From an uncultured bacterium (lineage in GTDB: Bacteria; Acidobacteriota; HRBIN11; JAKEFK01), in assembly GCA_963843285.1 (NCBI GenBank), contig CAWJJO010000005.1, positions 2,218-66,217 of the forward strand: a DNA stretch of 64,000 bases, given 5' to 3'. Below the pieces are notes generated by a model that saw only the letters and a program-made list of their open reading frames with translations, was not told where the DNA came from and did not search any database. How positions within the stretch are numbered: position 1 is the first letter of the stretch; each line of letters starts with the position of its first letter. Positions 45,851 through 56,882 of this stretch are shown in pieces. Made by a program: the position numbers and the translations under genes.

Positions 45851-46818
45851 ATGTTTAAGGATTTGCCGTTCTTTCCGGAGCAGGCTTCCACGTTTGCATG
45901 GCAAGTGGATGCGCTCTATACCTATTTGATCGCGATTAGCGTCGTTTTCTCGCTTCTCATTGCGGGTCTCGTGATCTATTTCGCCGTCAAGTTTCGTCGA
46001 AGATCGGAGACCGAGACTCCGAAACCGGTTCATGAACCTCACGCGCTGGAAGCGGCGTGGATTGTGATTCCGTTTCTCATCGCAATGACTATGTTTGTAT
46101 GGGGCGCCAGCATTTTCTTTAAAATGAACAGACCGCCGGCAGGTGCTCTGGATGTTTATGTTGTAGGAAAACAGTGGATGTGGAAGTTCCAGCACCCAAC
46201 CGGGCAACGCGAGATCAATGAATTGCACGTGCCAATTGGGCGTCCCGTACGTCTAACGCTGGCATCCGAGGATGTGATTCACAGCTTCTATGTCCCGGCG
46301 TTCCGCGTAAAATCGGACGTTGTCCCGGGCCGCTATCGCTCCGCGTGGTTTCAAGCCACCAGGCCGGGCACATATCATCTGTTTTGCGCTGAATACTGCG
46401 GTACCAGACACGCTGGAATGATCGGCTGGGTGACCGTCATGCAGCCGGCCGATTATGAAGCATGGCTCAGCGGTGGCGGCACGCAGGGAACACTTGCAGC
46501 AAGCGGCGAAAAACTGTTCGAACAACTGGGATGCAACACATGTCATCGCGCCGATACGACTGGCCGCGGACCAGTACTGGACGGTCTTTTTGGACGGCAG
46601 GTGCTACTGGCAAGCGGCCAAACGATTACTGCGGACGAAACCTACTTGCGGGAATCGATCGTAAATCCCCAGGCCAAGCTCGTGGTGGGTTATCAAGCCA
46701 TTATGCCCACATTCCAGGGTCTTGTCAGCGAAGAGGGATTGTTGCAGCTTGTCGCGTATATCAAGGAACTGAAAGCCGCGCCGTCACATGAGCCCGCGAC
46801 AGCGGAGGTAAAACACCC

Positions 46819-46822
<4 letters not shown>
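45851..46822 (+). CDS. ctaC: Cytochrome c oxidase subunit II with fused cytochrome c domain (caa3 type)
   Basis: CuA site HSFYVP...[13 protein letters not shown]-terminal CNTCH heme c motif. Confidence 0.9.
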
Positions 46823-48432
<1,610 letters not shown>

Positions 48433-49076
48433 CACACACGCACTCCACGCACATCAATTCGACAGCATGGAGCAGCAGCGCGAATCCACTTCCCTGGGCA
48501 TGTGGATTTTTCTCGTCACCGAAATCATGTTCTTCGGCGGATTATTTCTGGTTTACATCGTCTATCGCGGCCTCTTCCATGAAGGATTTGTGGCCGGCAG
48601 CCATCACCTGGATATCAAACTGGGCGCAATCAATACGGCTGTGTTAATCGGAAGCAGTTTGACGATGGCGCTGGCCGTTCGGGCTTCACAAATGGGGAAG
48701 AGGAATCTTACGATTCTATTCCTGCTGTTTACAATCATCCTAGGTGGAGCATTTCTTGGAATCAAAGTTGTTGAGTACGGGCACAAATTTCAGGATCACC
48801 TCGTTCCCGGTCCGAATTTTCAATGGGAACAAAAACCCGAAATCACGCACCAGGTAGAACTTTTTTACTCTTTGTATTTTTGCATGACAGGGCTCCACGC
48901 CACCCATATGATTATCGGGATCGGGATTTTGTTGACGCTAATGTATCATGCAAAAAAGGGGCGTTATTCACCGGAGTATCATGCGCCGGTGGAGTTGACC
49001 GGTTTGTACTGGCACTTTGTCGATATTGTTTGGATCTTCCTTTTCCCATTCCTGTATTTGCTTGGAAGGCATTGAT

Positions 49077-49382
49077 ATGTCGGTACATGTGATTCCCAAA
49101 AGAACCTACTTTCTGATCTTCGCAGTACTGCTGATCTTGACCTTCGTGACCGTGCAGGTTTCATTCCACGACTATGGTCCGTGGAATACGATCATCGCTC
49201 TTGGCATCGCAGTGACAAAAGCGACTCTGGTGGTGTTGTATTTCATGCACCTTCGTTACAGCGACCGTCTCACCAGAATTGTGGTGCTTGCCGGCTTCTT
49301 CTGGTTTGTCATCCTGGTTGCGCTTACACTCAACGACTATCTTACGCGCACCTGGATCTCCACTTATTTTCCCAACCTGTGA
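49077..49382 (+). CDS. Cytochrome c oxidase subunit IV (prokaryotic small subunit)
   Basis: 101 aa, three TM helices, VTKATLVVLYFMHL motif. Confidence 0.75.
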   Translation: MSVHVIPKRTYFLIFAVLLILTFVTVQVSFHDYGPWNTIIALGIAVTKATLVVLYFMHLRYSDRLTRIVVLAGFFWFVILVALTLNDYLTRTWISTYFPNL

Positions 49383-50995
49383 GTAAAGAATCGAACGCGC
49401 ATTCAGAAGATGAGATTACCTCCCCATGGCCCATCTTCTCACTGTGTTCTTTGGCAATTGCGCAACCGCTACTGGAGCAACTCGGGGACAATCCCGAATT
49501 CTTTGTTGTTAAAAGAAGCGGACCGGTCGATATTGTTTTGCTACCGCTCGTGCTTTGCGTGGCGATTCCAGGAATCATTCTTCTGCTGAGCAAGGCTGCA
49601 GGACTGATTAGTCCGAAGTTTGGAATCTTTGTCCACAAATTCTCTATTTTTGTTCTGATCGCCAATTTGGTACTGGTTGGACTTGTCCGGAGCCTTCCCC
49701 TGAGCGGAATCTATATACTCTCAATCGCCGCTCTTCTTTCAGTCCTTGTTGCATGGGGCTATACCCAGTACAAATCCATTCAGATGGGGTTTCGGTTTCT
49801 GGCGATTTCTCTGTTGATTGTGCCCGGTCTATTTTTTTCGAAACCGCCGATTATCCGGCTTCTAATTGCAAAAACAGTTTTACTGCCGAATATCCGGGTT
49901 ACCTCCAATACACCTGTTGTGATGGTGATATTGGATGAATTGCCTTTGCGTTCACTGGTAAACAAACAAAATGAAATAGATCCGGAGCTTTTTCCGAATC
50001 TTGCGGAATTCTCAAAACACGCAACGTGGTTTAGGAACGCCAGTGCCGTCTCCTCCACTACAACTTTTGCCGTCCCGGCAATCCTAAGTGGAAAATATCC
50101 CAAGGAAGGGTTGATCCCCACTTTCTTTGATTATCCCAAAAACCTGTTCACGCTGTTGGACAAGTATTACGACCTGAAGGTTTTTGAAGGGGCAACACGA
50201 CTCTGCGTTCGGGATATGCCACAGAACAAGATGGATCAACAATTCAACCTGATCACAAGGATGTGGCTAATTCTTAAAGATCTCTCCGCAGTCTACCTGC
50301 ACATAATTACGCCATTCGAATGGTCCAGAATGTTGCCACCGATAATGCAGGACTGGGGAAACTTTTGGGGAGGGCCCGAGGGTCGTGTGGAGCGATTTCA
50401 AGATTTTATTCATTCTGTGAAACCTGCCTCAAAGCCTACACTGTATTTCTTGCATAGTGCGTTTCCTCACCATCCTTGGGATACTTTCCCAACCTTGAAA
50501 AGGCAGGAACATTTGCGAGCGATCATCTTACTGAAGGAACTCTTGCCAAACAATGAGATGAGAACAGACTTCGAACACCATTTACTCCAGATTTGTTTCA
50601 CGGATGAATTGATGGGACAACTTTTCACTCGGCTGAAAACTGTTGGACTTTTTGATCGCACTTTAATCGTCGTTACATCTGATCATGGTATTTCGTTTGG
50701 GCCCGAAAGCGCGGGTCGCACGGTAACCAGTTCCCACTTCACGGATGTCATGCTGGTGCCATTGATCATCAAGACCCCATACCAGAAACTTGGATCCGTC
50801 TCTGATCGTAATGCGGAGTCGATTGATATTTTACCGACCATCGCCAACGTGCTAGGGGTTTCGACTCCCTGGTCCGATGGTTCCTCCCTCCTCAATCCGT
50901 CCTCTCCCGAACGCGACAAAAAATCATTTTTTGTGCTGGGAAGAAAAGATCTTCTTGAGTTCCAACCAAATGCCTTTCCGATGATTCACAACTGA
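49379..50995 (+). CDS. Membrane-anchored sulfatase / alkaline-phosphatase-superfamily transferase-like protein
   Basis: GTG 49379 overlaps the oxidase subunit IV stop (GTGA). About 5 TM helices, then VVMVILDELP, SSTTTFAVPAILSGKYP and VVTSDHGISFGP. Confidence 0.65.
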   Translation: MSKESNAHSEDEITSPWPIFSLCSLAIAQPLLEQLGDNPEFFVVKRSGPVDIVLLPLVLCVAIPGIILLLSKAAGLISPKFGIFVHKFSIFVLIANLVLVGLVRSLPLSGIYILSIAALLSVLVAWGYTQYKSIQMGFRFLAISLLIVPGLFFSKPPIIRLLIAKTVLLPNIRVTSNTPVVMVILDELPLRSLVNKQNEIDPELFPNLAEFSKHATWFRNASAVSSTTTFAVPAILSGKYPKEGLIPTFFDYPKNLFTLLDKYYDLKVFEGATRLCVRDMPQNKMDQQFNLITRMWLILKDLSAVYLHIITPFEWSRMLPPIMQDWGNFWGGPEGRVERFQDFIHSVKPASKPTLYFLHSAFPHHPWDTFPTLKRQEHLRAIILLKELLPNNEMRTDFEHHLLQICFTDELMGQLFTRLKTVGLFDRTLIVVTSDHGISFGPESAGRTVTSSHFTDVMLVPLIIKTPYQKLGSVSDRNAESIDILPTIANVLGVSTPWSDGSSLLNPSSPERDKKSFFVLGRKDLLEFQPNAFPMIHN

Positions 50996-51008
50996 TCCGC
51001 GTGTCTAT

Positions 51009-52076
51009 TTATGGGGTGACGAAGAAGAAGGCGAGGACCAGAAGAGCGTAGACAGCCAGCAAAAGCAGGCCCTCAAACCAGGTCGTCTCACCATCCAGAG
51101 CAATCGAGTTCACTGCAAATGCGACGCCCGCTATAGCGATCAGTTCCAGTGGATTGCTAAATACAAGATTCATCGGCTTTCCCATAGCATACGAGACGAA
51201 CACAAGAACGGGAGCCGTAAATAGAGCAACTTGAATGCTCGCACCGAGCGCGATATTCATCACAAGACCCATCCGGTCCTTCCGCGCAAAATAAATCACC
51301 GAGAAGTATTCCGCTGCGTTGCCGACAAACGGGAGCACAATAATACCTAGAAAGAACGGGGAAAGCCTTAGCCCGCTGGCAGTTTCTTCCAGGGCCCCGG
51401 AGACCATCTCCGCCTCAAGCGAGACAGCTGCCGTTGCAGCAAACAACACCATCAGAGAACGGGACACGGACCAGGCGTGATGATTCTCCTCTTCCTCTTC
51501 CATGGCAAATACGTCCCGGTGCGTAACCAGCGTGTAAATCAAATTCGCGACATAGACAAAGATCAGGACCCCGGAAACGCCCAGGCTCAGATATTCATCG
51601 AGGGAAGTCACCTTGGATTGATTGAGCCCGCGCTCTGTGTAATCAAACAATGCTGGAACCATGAGCGCGATTACCGAAAGGATCAGCAGACTCCCCAGAA
51701 GCCCAGCCTGATCGCGGTTGAACTTCTGTCTCGCCCGACCCCAGCTTCCTGCGAGAATCGCCAATCCCAGGCCGACCAGACTGTTTCCGATGATTGCTCC
51801 GGTAATTGTGGCTTTCACCACTTCTGTATTTCCAGATTTCAAAACGAAGATTGCGAGAATCAACTCCGCGCTATTCCCAAACGTTACATTCAACAAACCG
51901 CCAATCGCGGATCCCGCTCTCACGGACATCTGTTCGGTAGCGTGTCGCATCCACTCTGCAAGCGGAATGATCGCCAGCGATGCAGTCACAAAAACAACTG
52001 TAGGAGAAGCGTGGAAATGTTCCAGCGCCACGGAGAGTGGAATCAGCAGGAGCATCAGATATTTCCACGAAAACAT
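51009..52076 (-). CDS. Ca2+/H+ antiporter (CaCA family)
   Basis: Two alpha-repeats, [10 protein letters not shown] and [10 protein letters not shown]. Eleven-TM-type 355-aa ORF. Confidence 0.8.
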   Translation of the reverse strand: MFSWKYLMLLLIPLSVALEHFHASPTVVFVTASLAIIPLAEWMRHATEQMSVRAGSAIGGLLNVTFGNSAELILAIFVLKSGNTEVVKATITGAIIGNSLVGLGLAILAGSWGRARQKFNRDQAGLLGSLLILSVIALMVPALFDYTERGLNQSKVTSLDEYLSLGVSGVLIFVYVANLIYTLVTHRDVFAMEEEEENHHAWSVSRSLMVLFAATAAVSLEAEMVSGALEETASGLRLSPFFLGIIVLPFVGNAAEYFSVIYFARKDRMGLVMNIALGASIQVALFTAPVLVFVSYAMGKPMNLVFSNPLELIAIAGVAFAVNSIALDGETTWFEGLLLLAVYALLVLAFFFVTP

Positions 52077-52167
52077 GGATATAAGAGTAAACCTGAAAAC
52101 AAAAAAAAGGAACAGTTGGTGTCCCTGGCACTGCCCTGCTTACATACCGGCTTCCTGCTGACAACAC

Positions 52168-52183
52168 TTAACCGATCGGTTAA
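52168..52183. promoter_or_regulatory. Perfect 16-bp palindrome, candidate operator upstream of the antiporter gene
   Basis: TTAACCGATCGGTTAA lies 92 nt upstream of the antiporter start and 32 nt downstream of the Cys-rich gene's stop. Confidence 0.25.
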
Positions 52184-52214
52184 ACGTTTCCGGATCGTTT
52201 TGATCTTTGAAAAA

Positions 52215-52448
52215 CTACTGGCGGTCTTTCAGTCCACTGATTCCCGCAGTTCCTGCACAGTGGACGCAACAATACATCTTGCCATGGTCTTCGACACCAT
52301 GGCCAATAATCCTGCATCCACAATGATTACAGACGGGCGCCAGGAAGTGAATCGCGCATTCAAAGCTGTCAAAGATGTGGGCCTTCCCTGCAAGGATCAG
52401 CTCAAAACTCTTGTCGTAGTCATTCCCGCAAGTTTCACACGTAGCCAT
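52215..52448 (-). CDS. Small cysteine-rich protein of unknown function
   Basis: 77 aa. CETCGNDYDKSFE..FDSFECAIHFLAPVCNHCGCRIIGHG..MYCCVHCA. The CxxC / CxxCxC / CCxxC spacing suggests metal binding. Confidence 0.55.
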   Translation of the reverse strand: MATCETCGNDYDKSFELILAGKAHIFDSFECAIHFLAPVCNHCGCRIIGHGVEDHGKMYCCVHCAGTAGISGLKDRQ

Positions 52449-52473
52449 TTTTCAAAACCTCCTTCCAACAAAA

Positions 52474-53019
52474 CTAGGATTTTTTACGCTCTTGTCTACG
52501 TGCGCTGTGCACAATCTGCACAGCAACAATACAAAGGAACGCTGGACCCCAGATCCACACTACTTCACTCAGAAGAACTTCGAGACCGCGGGTACTTAAA
52601 AACGGAACAAGACCAATCGGAGATACGTGGACCGGTCTCCAGGGAAAGAAGTAGCGGGTCGTGTCAAATGGAGAAAAAAAAGCAACACCGAGCCCACCAT
52701 CTGTCATTGCGTCCAGGAATCCGTGTGACGCTGTAACCAGAAAAAAGAACAGTCTCAACTTCCAAGGCCGCTCTGCTTTCGCAGATGCGAACCGGACAAT
52801 CAACAAGCTCCAGATCAAGGCAAACAAGAGCGAATGGGTGAATCCCCGATGCCCCAGAAGATCACCGTACCGGATCCCGAATCCAAATCCAACCACATCC
52901 AGATCTGGAAGAATTGAACTTACAACCGCGATCGTCCAGAGTCTTGGCGGTGCATCATTGTGAAAAGCGATCTTTCCGAACGTGAGAGCTACGAGCCCGT
53001 GAGAAACGAGTGATGCCAT
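52474..53019 (-). CDS. YdjM-like membrane-bound metal-dependent hydrolase (DUF457)
   Basis: MASLVSHGLVALTFG...LPDLDVVG...GHRGFTHSLLFAL. Confidence 0.7.
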   Translation of the reverse strand: MASLVSHGLVALTFGKIAFHNDAPPRLWTIAVVSSILPDLDVVGFGFGIRYGDLLGHRGFTHSLLFALIWSLLIVRFASAKAERPWKLRLFFFLVTASHGFLDAMTDGGLGVAFFSPFDTTRYFFPWRPVHVSPIGLVPFLSTRGLEVLLSEVVWIWGPAFLCIVAVQIVHSARRQERKKS

Positions 53020-53022
53020 GAC

Positions 53023-53202
53023 TCAGGCATGATCATATCCTGTTCTCACCTTTTCCGGCCGCTGCATGTCCTTTAAGGCGTAACAAACAAAATACGTTTG
53101 AAGCCGTGGATTTTCTGTCATCTTCTCCGCTTCTTCATGCAGCGCAGAAATCAAACTCCCTAAGCTTTCCTGATTCTTTTTCGTCCCGGGTTTCCTCGAC
53201 AT
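53023..53202 (-). CDS. Unlisted 59-codon ORF, hypothetical small protein
   Basis: AAGGAGG then 9 nt then ATG (53200-53202). MSRKPGTKKNQESLGSLISALHEEAEKMTENPRLQTYFVCYALKDMQRPEKVRTGYDHA. The TGA ends 3 nt before the ydjM-like ATG. It falls below the 60-aa cutoff of the ORF track. Confidence 0.4.
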   Translation of the reverse strand: MSRKPGTKKNQESLGSLISALHEEAEKMTENPRLQTYFVCYALKDMQRPEKVRTGYDHA

Positions 53203-53434
53203 GGTTTCGTATCCTCCTTGAATCAGTAAGTCGAAATTCCGAACAAACCCTTACACTGTCTAGTCGAGGGCTCTGTCAATATCTTGACTCGTGTCGATAT
53301 CATGACACTACTCGAGTGTCACTTTAACTCTTTCAGTCTATTAGCGACCACAAGTAAGTGCTTACTTTATAGATACTTATACCACGCTGAACAAGATTGC
53401 CGTGGATGGCATGTTTCTTGGAATAAGGCATGCC

Positions 53435-54040
53435 ATGAAAGGAAGAATGCTTCAGGAGCAAGAATTGATTGCGCGGGCGCGAGGAGGAGATCGAGTTGCA
53501 TCGGAGAAGCTATTTCTGGATTACATCAAGCAATCCAGACCAGTCAACGGATTTCTGCGCAGGGCGCTTTCCGACCCGGCGGATCGGGAAGAGATGCTTC
53601 ACGATATCTTTCTACAGCTGATGTCTGGTCCAAATTTCCGGGGTGAAGCCCAACTAAGCACCTATGTATATCAGATCGCACGCCGTACGGTGTTCCAGAA
53701 ATTCCGACGAGAGAATACGCGAAAACGAGGCGGATTTTGCCAGATCATGTCGTCGGAAGTGGAGCAAGAAGCAGGGTTACATTCAAATCCGGAATACAAC
53801 TATTCAGTGGGTCGTAGACGGAAGCTTTTGCTCGATCTGATCGAAGAGATTCCCTACCCTTACCGGATAGCTCTTCGCTTAAGAGTCCTGGATGACATGA
53901 CGTACACAGAGATTGCAAGTCGGATGCAGATTCCACTGAACACAGTTTCTACAAAAATCCACAAAGGGAAAAAGATCCTGTTTGAACAATTAAAGCGCCA
54001 CTCGGGGAGCGATCATGTTTCGAATTACAAAGGCTTTTGA
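53435..54040 (+). CDS. ECF-type RNA polymerase sigma factor (1)
   Basis: Region 2 (DREEMLHDIFLQLM, STYVYQIARRTVF) and region 4 (MTYTEIASRMQIPLNTVSTKIHKGKKIL). Start uncertain (GTG 53402, ATG 53411/53435/53447). Confidence 0.75.
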   Translation: MKGRMLQEQELIARARGGDRVASEKLFLDYIKQSRPVNGFLRRALSDPADREEMLHDIFLQLMSGPNFRGEAQLSTYVYQIARRTVFQKFRRENTRKRGGFCQIMSSEVEQEAGLHSNPEYNYSVGRRRKLLLDLIEEIPYPYRIALRLRVLDDMTYTEIASRMQIPLNTVSTKIHKGKKILFEQLKRHSGSDHVSNYKGF

Positions 54041-54302
54041 GAACGAGAAAACTTCGATTTTTAAAATTGAAGGAAAGGTTACTGACGAATCTCTGGAAGT
54101 GTGGTCCAGAGAGATTCGATCGCTAAGAAACGCCGTTGACCGGCAAACGATTCTTGATTTCTGCCACGTATGGTTCATTTCCCCAGGGGCAATTTCGGTT
54201 CTTATCGAATCGGCTTCCGACAATCTTTTTTTACTGAATTGCCCAACAGAAGCCAGGAACGTGTTTCACAGCGCGGGATTGGCTGCAAGGATGATCGAAT
54301 AG
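54015..54302 (+). CDS. STAS-like small protein (anti-sigma-antagonist fold, tentative)
   Basis: 95 aa. GGGGAG SD. Overlaps the sigma gene by 26 nt. ILDFCHVWFISPGAISVLIE resembles the SpoIIAA-type DLSxVxFxDSSGxxxL segment. Confidence 0.5.
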   Translation: MFRITKAFENEKTSIFKIEGKVTDESLEVWSREIRSLRNAVDRQTILDFCHVWFISPGAISVLIESASDNLFLLNCPTEARNVFHSAGLAARMIE

Positions 54303-54313
54303 AGGAACGGACT

Positions 54314-54964
54314 ATGCAAGAATTACAAAAGAACTTATCGAATCAAATCAGCGATCCCTCGGTGTGGGTAGATCTCTACGGAGATGCTCTATACCGGTTT
54401 GCATTGGTCCGTTTGCGAAATCGGGAATTGGCGGAAGAAGCCGTACAGGAAACATTCTTGGCCGCCATACAGTCACGCAGCAAGTTTGCAGGCGGCTCTT
54501 CTGAAAGAACCTGGCTGATCGGGATCTTAAAGCATAAGATTATCGATTCTTTCCGCCGCATGAGCCGGGAACAAACAGCGGGCGATGATCTCGAAATGAT
54601 TGCCCGAGAGCAGGACGAAGCATTTAACCGCACAGATGAATGGCCCGGTCATTGGAAAGAAACAGAAGCTCCATCCGATTGGGGGTCCAATCCGGAAGCC
54701 GCTTTACAACAGCAAGAGTTCAGGGAAATATTCGAGCGGTGCCTGGCGCAACTTCCTACCAGAATGGCACAGGCATTCGTTCTTCGTGAGATGGAAGAAC
54801 TGAGCACGGAAGAAGTCTGTGAAACATTGAATATCTCAAAAAGCAATCTTTGGGTGCTCTTACACCGGGCACGAATGCAGCTTCGCCGCAGCCTGGAATT
54901 AAATTACTTCACCCGCAAGAACGAAGCTCACCATGCGTTCCCCCGTGTTCAAGAAGCAACCTAG
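54314..54964 (+). CDS. ECF-type RNA polymerase sigma factor (2)
   Basis: LAEEAVQETFLAAI, WLIGILKHKIIDSFRR, and region 4 LSTEEVCETLNISKSNLWVLLHRARMQLRRSL. Confidence 0.8.
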   Translation: MQELQKNLSNQISDPSVWVDLYGDALYRFALVRLRNRELAEEAVQETFLAAIQSRSKFAGGSSERTWLIGILKHKIIDSFRRMSREQTAGDDLEMIAREQDEAFNRTDEWPGHWKETEAPSDWGSNPEAALQQQEFREIFERCLAQLPTRMAQAFVLREMEELSTEEVCETLNISKSNLWVLLHRARMQLRRSLELNYFTRKNEAHHAFPRVQEAT

Positions 54965-54975
54965 AATAGGATTGA

Positions 54976-55053
54976 AACCACAGATAAACACAGATGAACA
55001 CGGATAAGGAGGAATCTAGTTAAGAATCTGTGTTCATCTGTGTTTATCTGTGG
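54976..55053. repeat. Near-perfect 28-30-bp hairpin, CACAGAT-unit family
   Basis: aaccacagataaacacagatgaacacggat pairs with atctgtgttcatctgtgtttatctgtgg. The right arm contains the PolX stop codon. Confidence 0.75.
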
Positions 55054-56810
55054 GTCCCTTTCCTCCTTCTAGGTCTCCGCGTTGAATCCTTCAATGATTC
55101 CAAAAACTCGTCTACCCGTAGAGTATTCACAATATCCTTTTTGGTGGCCCAGCCGCGACGCGCCTGGCCGATACCGAATTCCAGATACTGGAAATGGGAC
55201 ACGGAATGAGCGTCGGAATCTATACACATCTTTACACCCGACTCTACACATCGCCGTACATATTCATCTTTTAGATCCAGCCGGTCGGGGAGACTGTCGA
55301 TTTCGAGAATGGTTCCCGTGCGTTTCGCCGCGCGAATCACTCCCTCCATATCGATCGCAATCGGTTCCCGGCGATTGATGGAGCGGGCGGAAGGATGGAA
55401 GAATATATCGGCATTCGGATTCTCAATCGCGCGCAAGACACGTTGCGTCTGCTCTTCGCGCGTCAGATTGAAATGGCTATGTACTGCAACGCCAACAACA
55501 TCCAATTTCGCGAGCACTTCGTCTGCGATATCGAGAGAGCCGTCTTTTTGAATATTGACTTCCGCCCCTTTCAAGATACGGAATTTCCGCTTTTGTTTTC
55601 GTAGCTTCGCATTGATCTTGTCGACAACGGCCATTTGTTTCAATAACTTTGCTTCATCGGAACCGCCGGTCATCGCGAGACTCTTTGTATGATCGGTAAT
55701 TGCGATGTATTCCAATCCATGCTGTTCTGCGGCATCCACCATCGCCTCAATCGTGTCCTCACCGTCTGTCCAGTTTGTCTGTACCTGAAGATCCCCTTTT
55801 AAGTCACCATAGTTCACAAGATCCGGTAGGCGACCCTCGCGCGCGGCTTCGATTTCTCCGGTGCTCTCCCGCAATTCCGGTTCCACGTACGAAAGACCCA
55901 GCTCGCGATAGAGTTCTTCCTCTGTCCGGCCGGCGATGAACTTCCCACCTTTGAATAGTCCATATTCATTCAGCTTGTATCCTTTCTTGATGGCAATTTC
56001 CCGTAATTTGATGTTATGGTCCTTTGATCCTGTAAAATAACAAAGCGCTGCTCCAAAGGACTTGGCGGGTATGATGCGCAGATCTGCGTCCACACCGTTT
56101 TTCAAACGGACATTGATTTTCGTCGGCCCTTTACCGTATACATGCTCGATTGCAGGCAATGCGAGAAACCGTTCGACAACCGCTTCCGGTTTGGAAGACA
56201 CAGCAAGCAGATCGATGTCGCCGACAGTTTCTCTTCTGCGCCGCGCGGAGCCGGCAAATGCCGCGCGTTCCACTTCGGAAAAACCTGCGATTGTTTTTTC
56301 CAGGTCCCTGATTACAGGAAGAAGCGTGCCGAGAAGCTGTCTTCCGCCGGATTGTTTCAGGAATTCGATGCCACGCAGGATTTTCTCTTCCGACTTTTGA
56401 CCGAACTGGGGGAGCGCGCGTATTTTCTGCGCTTTTGCAGCGCGTTCCAGATCGTCCAGAGTGCGGATCTCCAGTTTTTCCCACAGCGTCTTGATGTTCT
56501 TAGGACCCAACCCCTGGACGCGCATCAGATTTGAAATGTCCACAGGAATTTTCTTTTTGAGTTGCTCATATTCTTTATAGTGTCCGGTTTTGAGCAGCTC
56601 TTCAATATGTCCGGCGATCCCCTTTCCAACACCCGGTACTTCCTGGAGCCCTTTGATGCCGTTTTTCTTATAGGCCTCCAACAGTGAATCCCCGTGCCCT
56701 TCCACACCCTGCGCAGCCTTTTCATAGGAACGGGGTTTGAATTCGACGCCAAGCATTTCCCAGAGGGCTGCCATCTCGTACAGAATTCCGGCAATTTCTT
56801 GATTGGTCAT
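55044..56810 (-). CDS. polX: Family X DNA polymerase with C-terminal PHP phosphoesterase domain
   Basis: HhH motifs (GVGKGIAGHI, GLGPKNIK). GSARRRRETVGDIDLL nucleotidyltransferase motif. PHP motifs (ITDHT, HSH). ATG 56810 preferred (MTNQEIAGILYEMA). Confidence 0.85.
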   Translation of the reverse strand: MTNQEIAGILYEMAALWEMLGVEFKPRSYEKAAQGVEGHGDSLLEAYKKNGIKGLQEVPGVGKGIAGHIEELLKTGHYKEYEQLKKKIPVDISNLMRVQGLGPKNIKTLWEKLEIRTLDDLERAAKAQKIRALPQFGQKSEEKILRGIEFLKQSGGRQLLGTLLPVIRDLEKTIAGFSEVERAAFAGSARRRRETVGDIDLLAVSSKPEAVVERFLALPAIEHVYGKGPTKINVRLKNGVDADLRIIPAKSFGAALCYFTGSKDHNIKLREIAIKKGYKLNEYGLFKGGKFIAGRTEEELYRELGLSYVEPELRESTGEIEAAREGRLPDLVNYGDLKGDLQVQTNWTDGEDTIEAMVDAAEQHGLEYIAITDHTKSLAMTGGSDEAKLLKQMAVVDKINAKLRKQKRKFRILKGAEVNIQKDGSLDIADEVLAKLDVVGVAVHSHFNLTREEQTQRVLRAIENPNADIFFHPSARSINRREPIAIDMEGVIRAAKRTGTILEIDSLPDRLDLKDEYVRRCVESGVKMCIDSDAHSVSHFQYLEFGIGQARRGWATKKDIVNTLRVDEFLESLKDSTRRPRRRKGTHR

Positions 56811-56882
56811 AGGTGAAAGTCTGGAGCGGCGGGGCACCCGCCTGAACCGACTCCTTGATTATAATGGAAAGGAGGTGAACTC

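Noticed and set aside
51477-52736. 419-aa plus-strand ORF spanning three minus-strand genes
   Set aside because: It is antisense to the CaCA antiporter, the Cys-rich protein and the YdjM-like gene, all of which have clear family motifs. Its own sequence is Arg/Gln/Ser-rich without structure.
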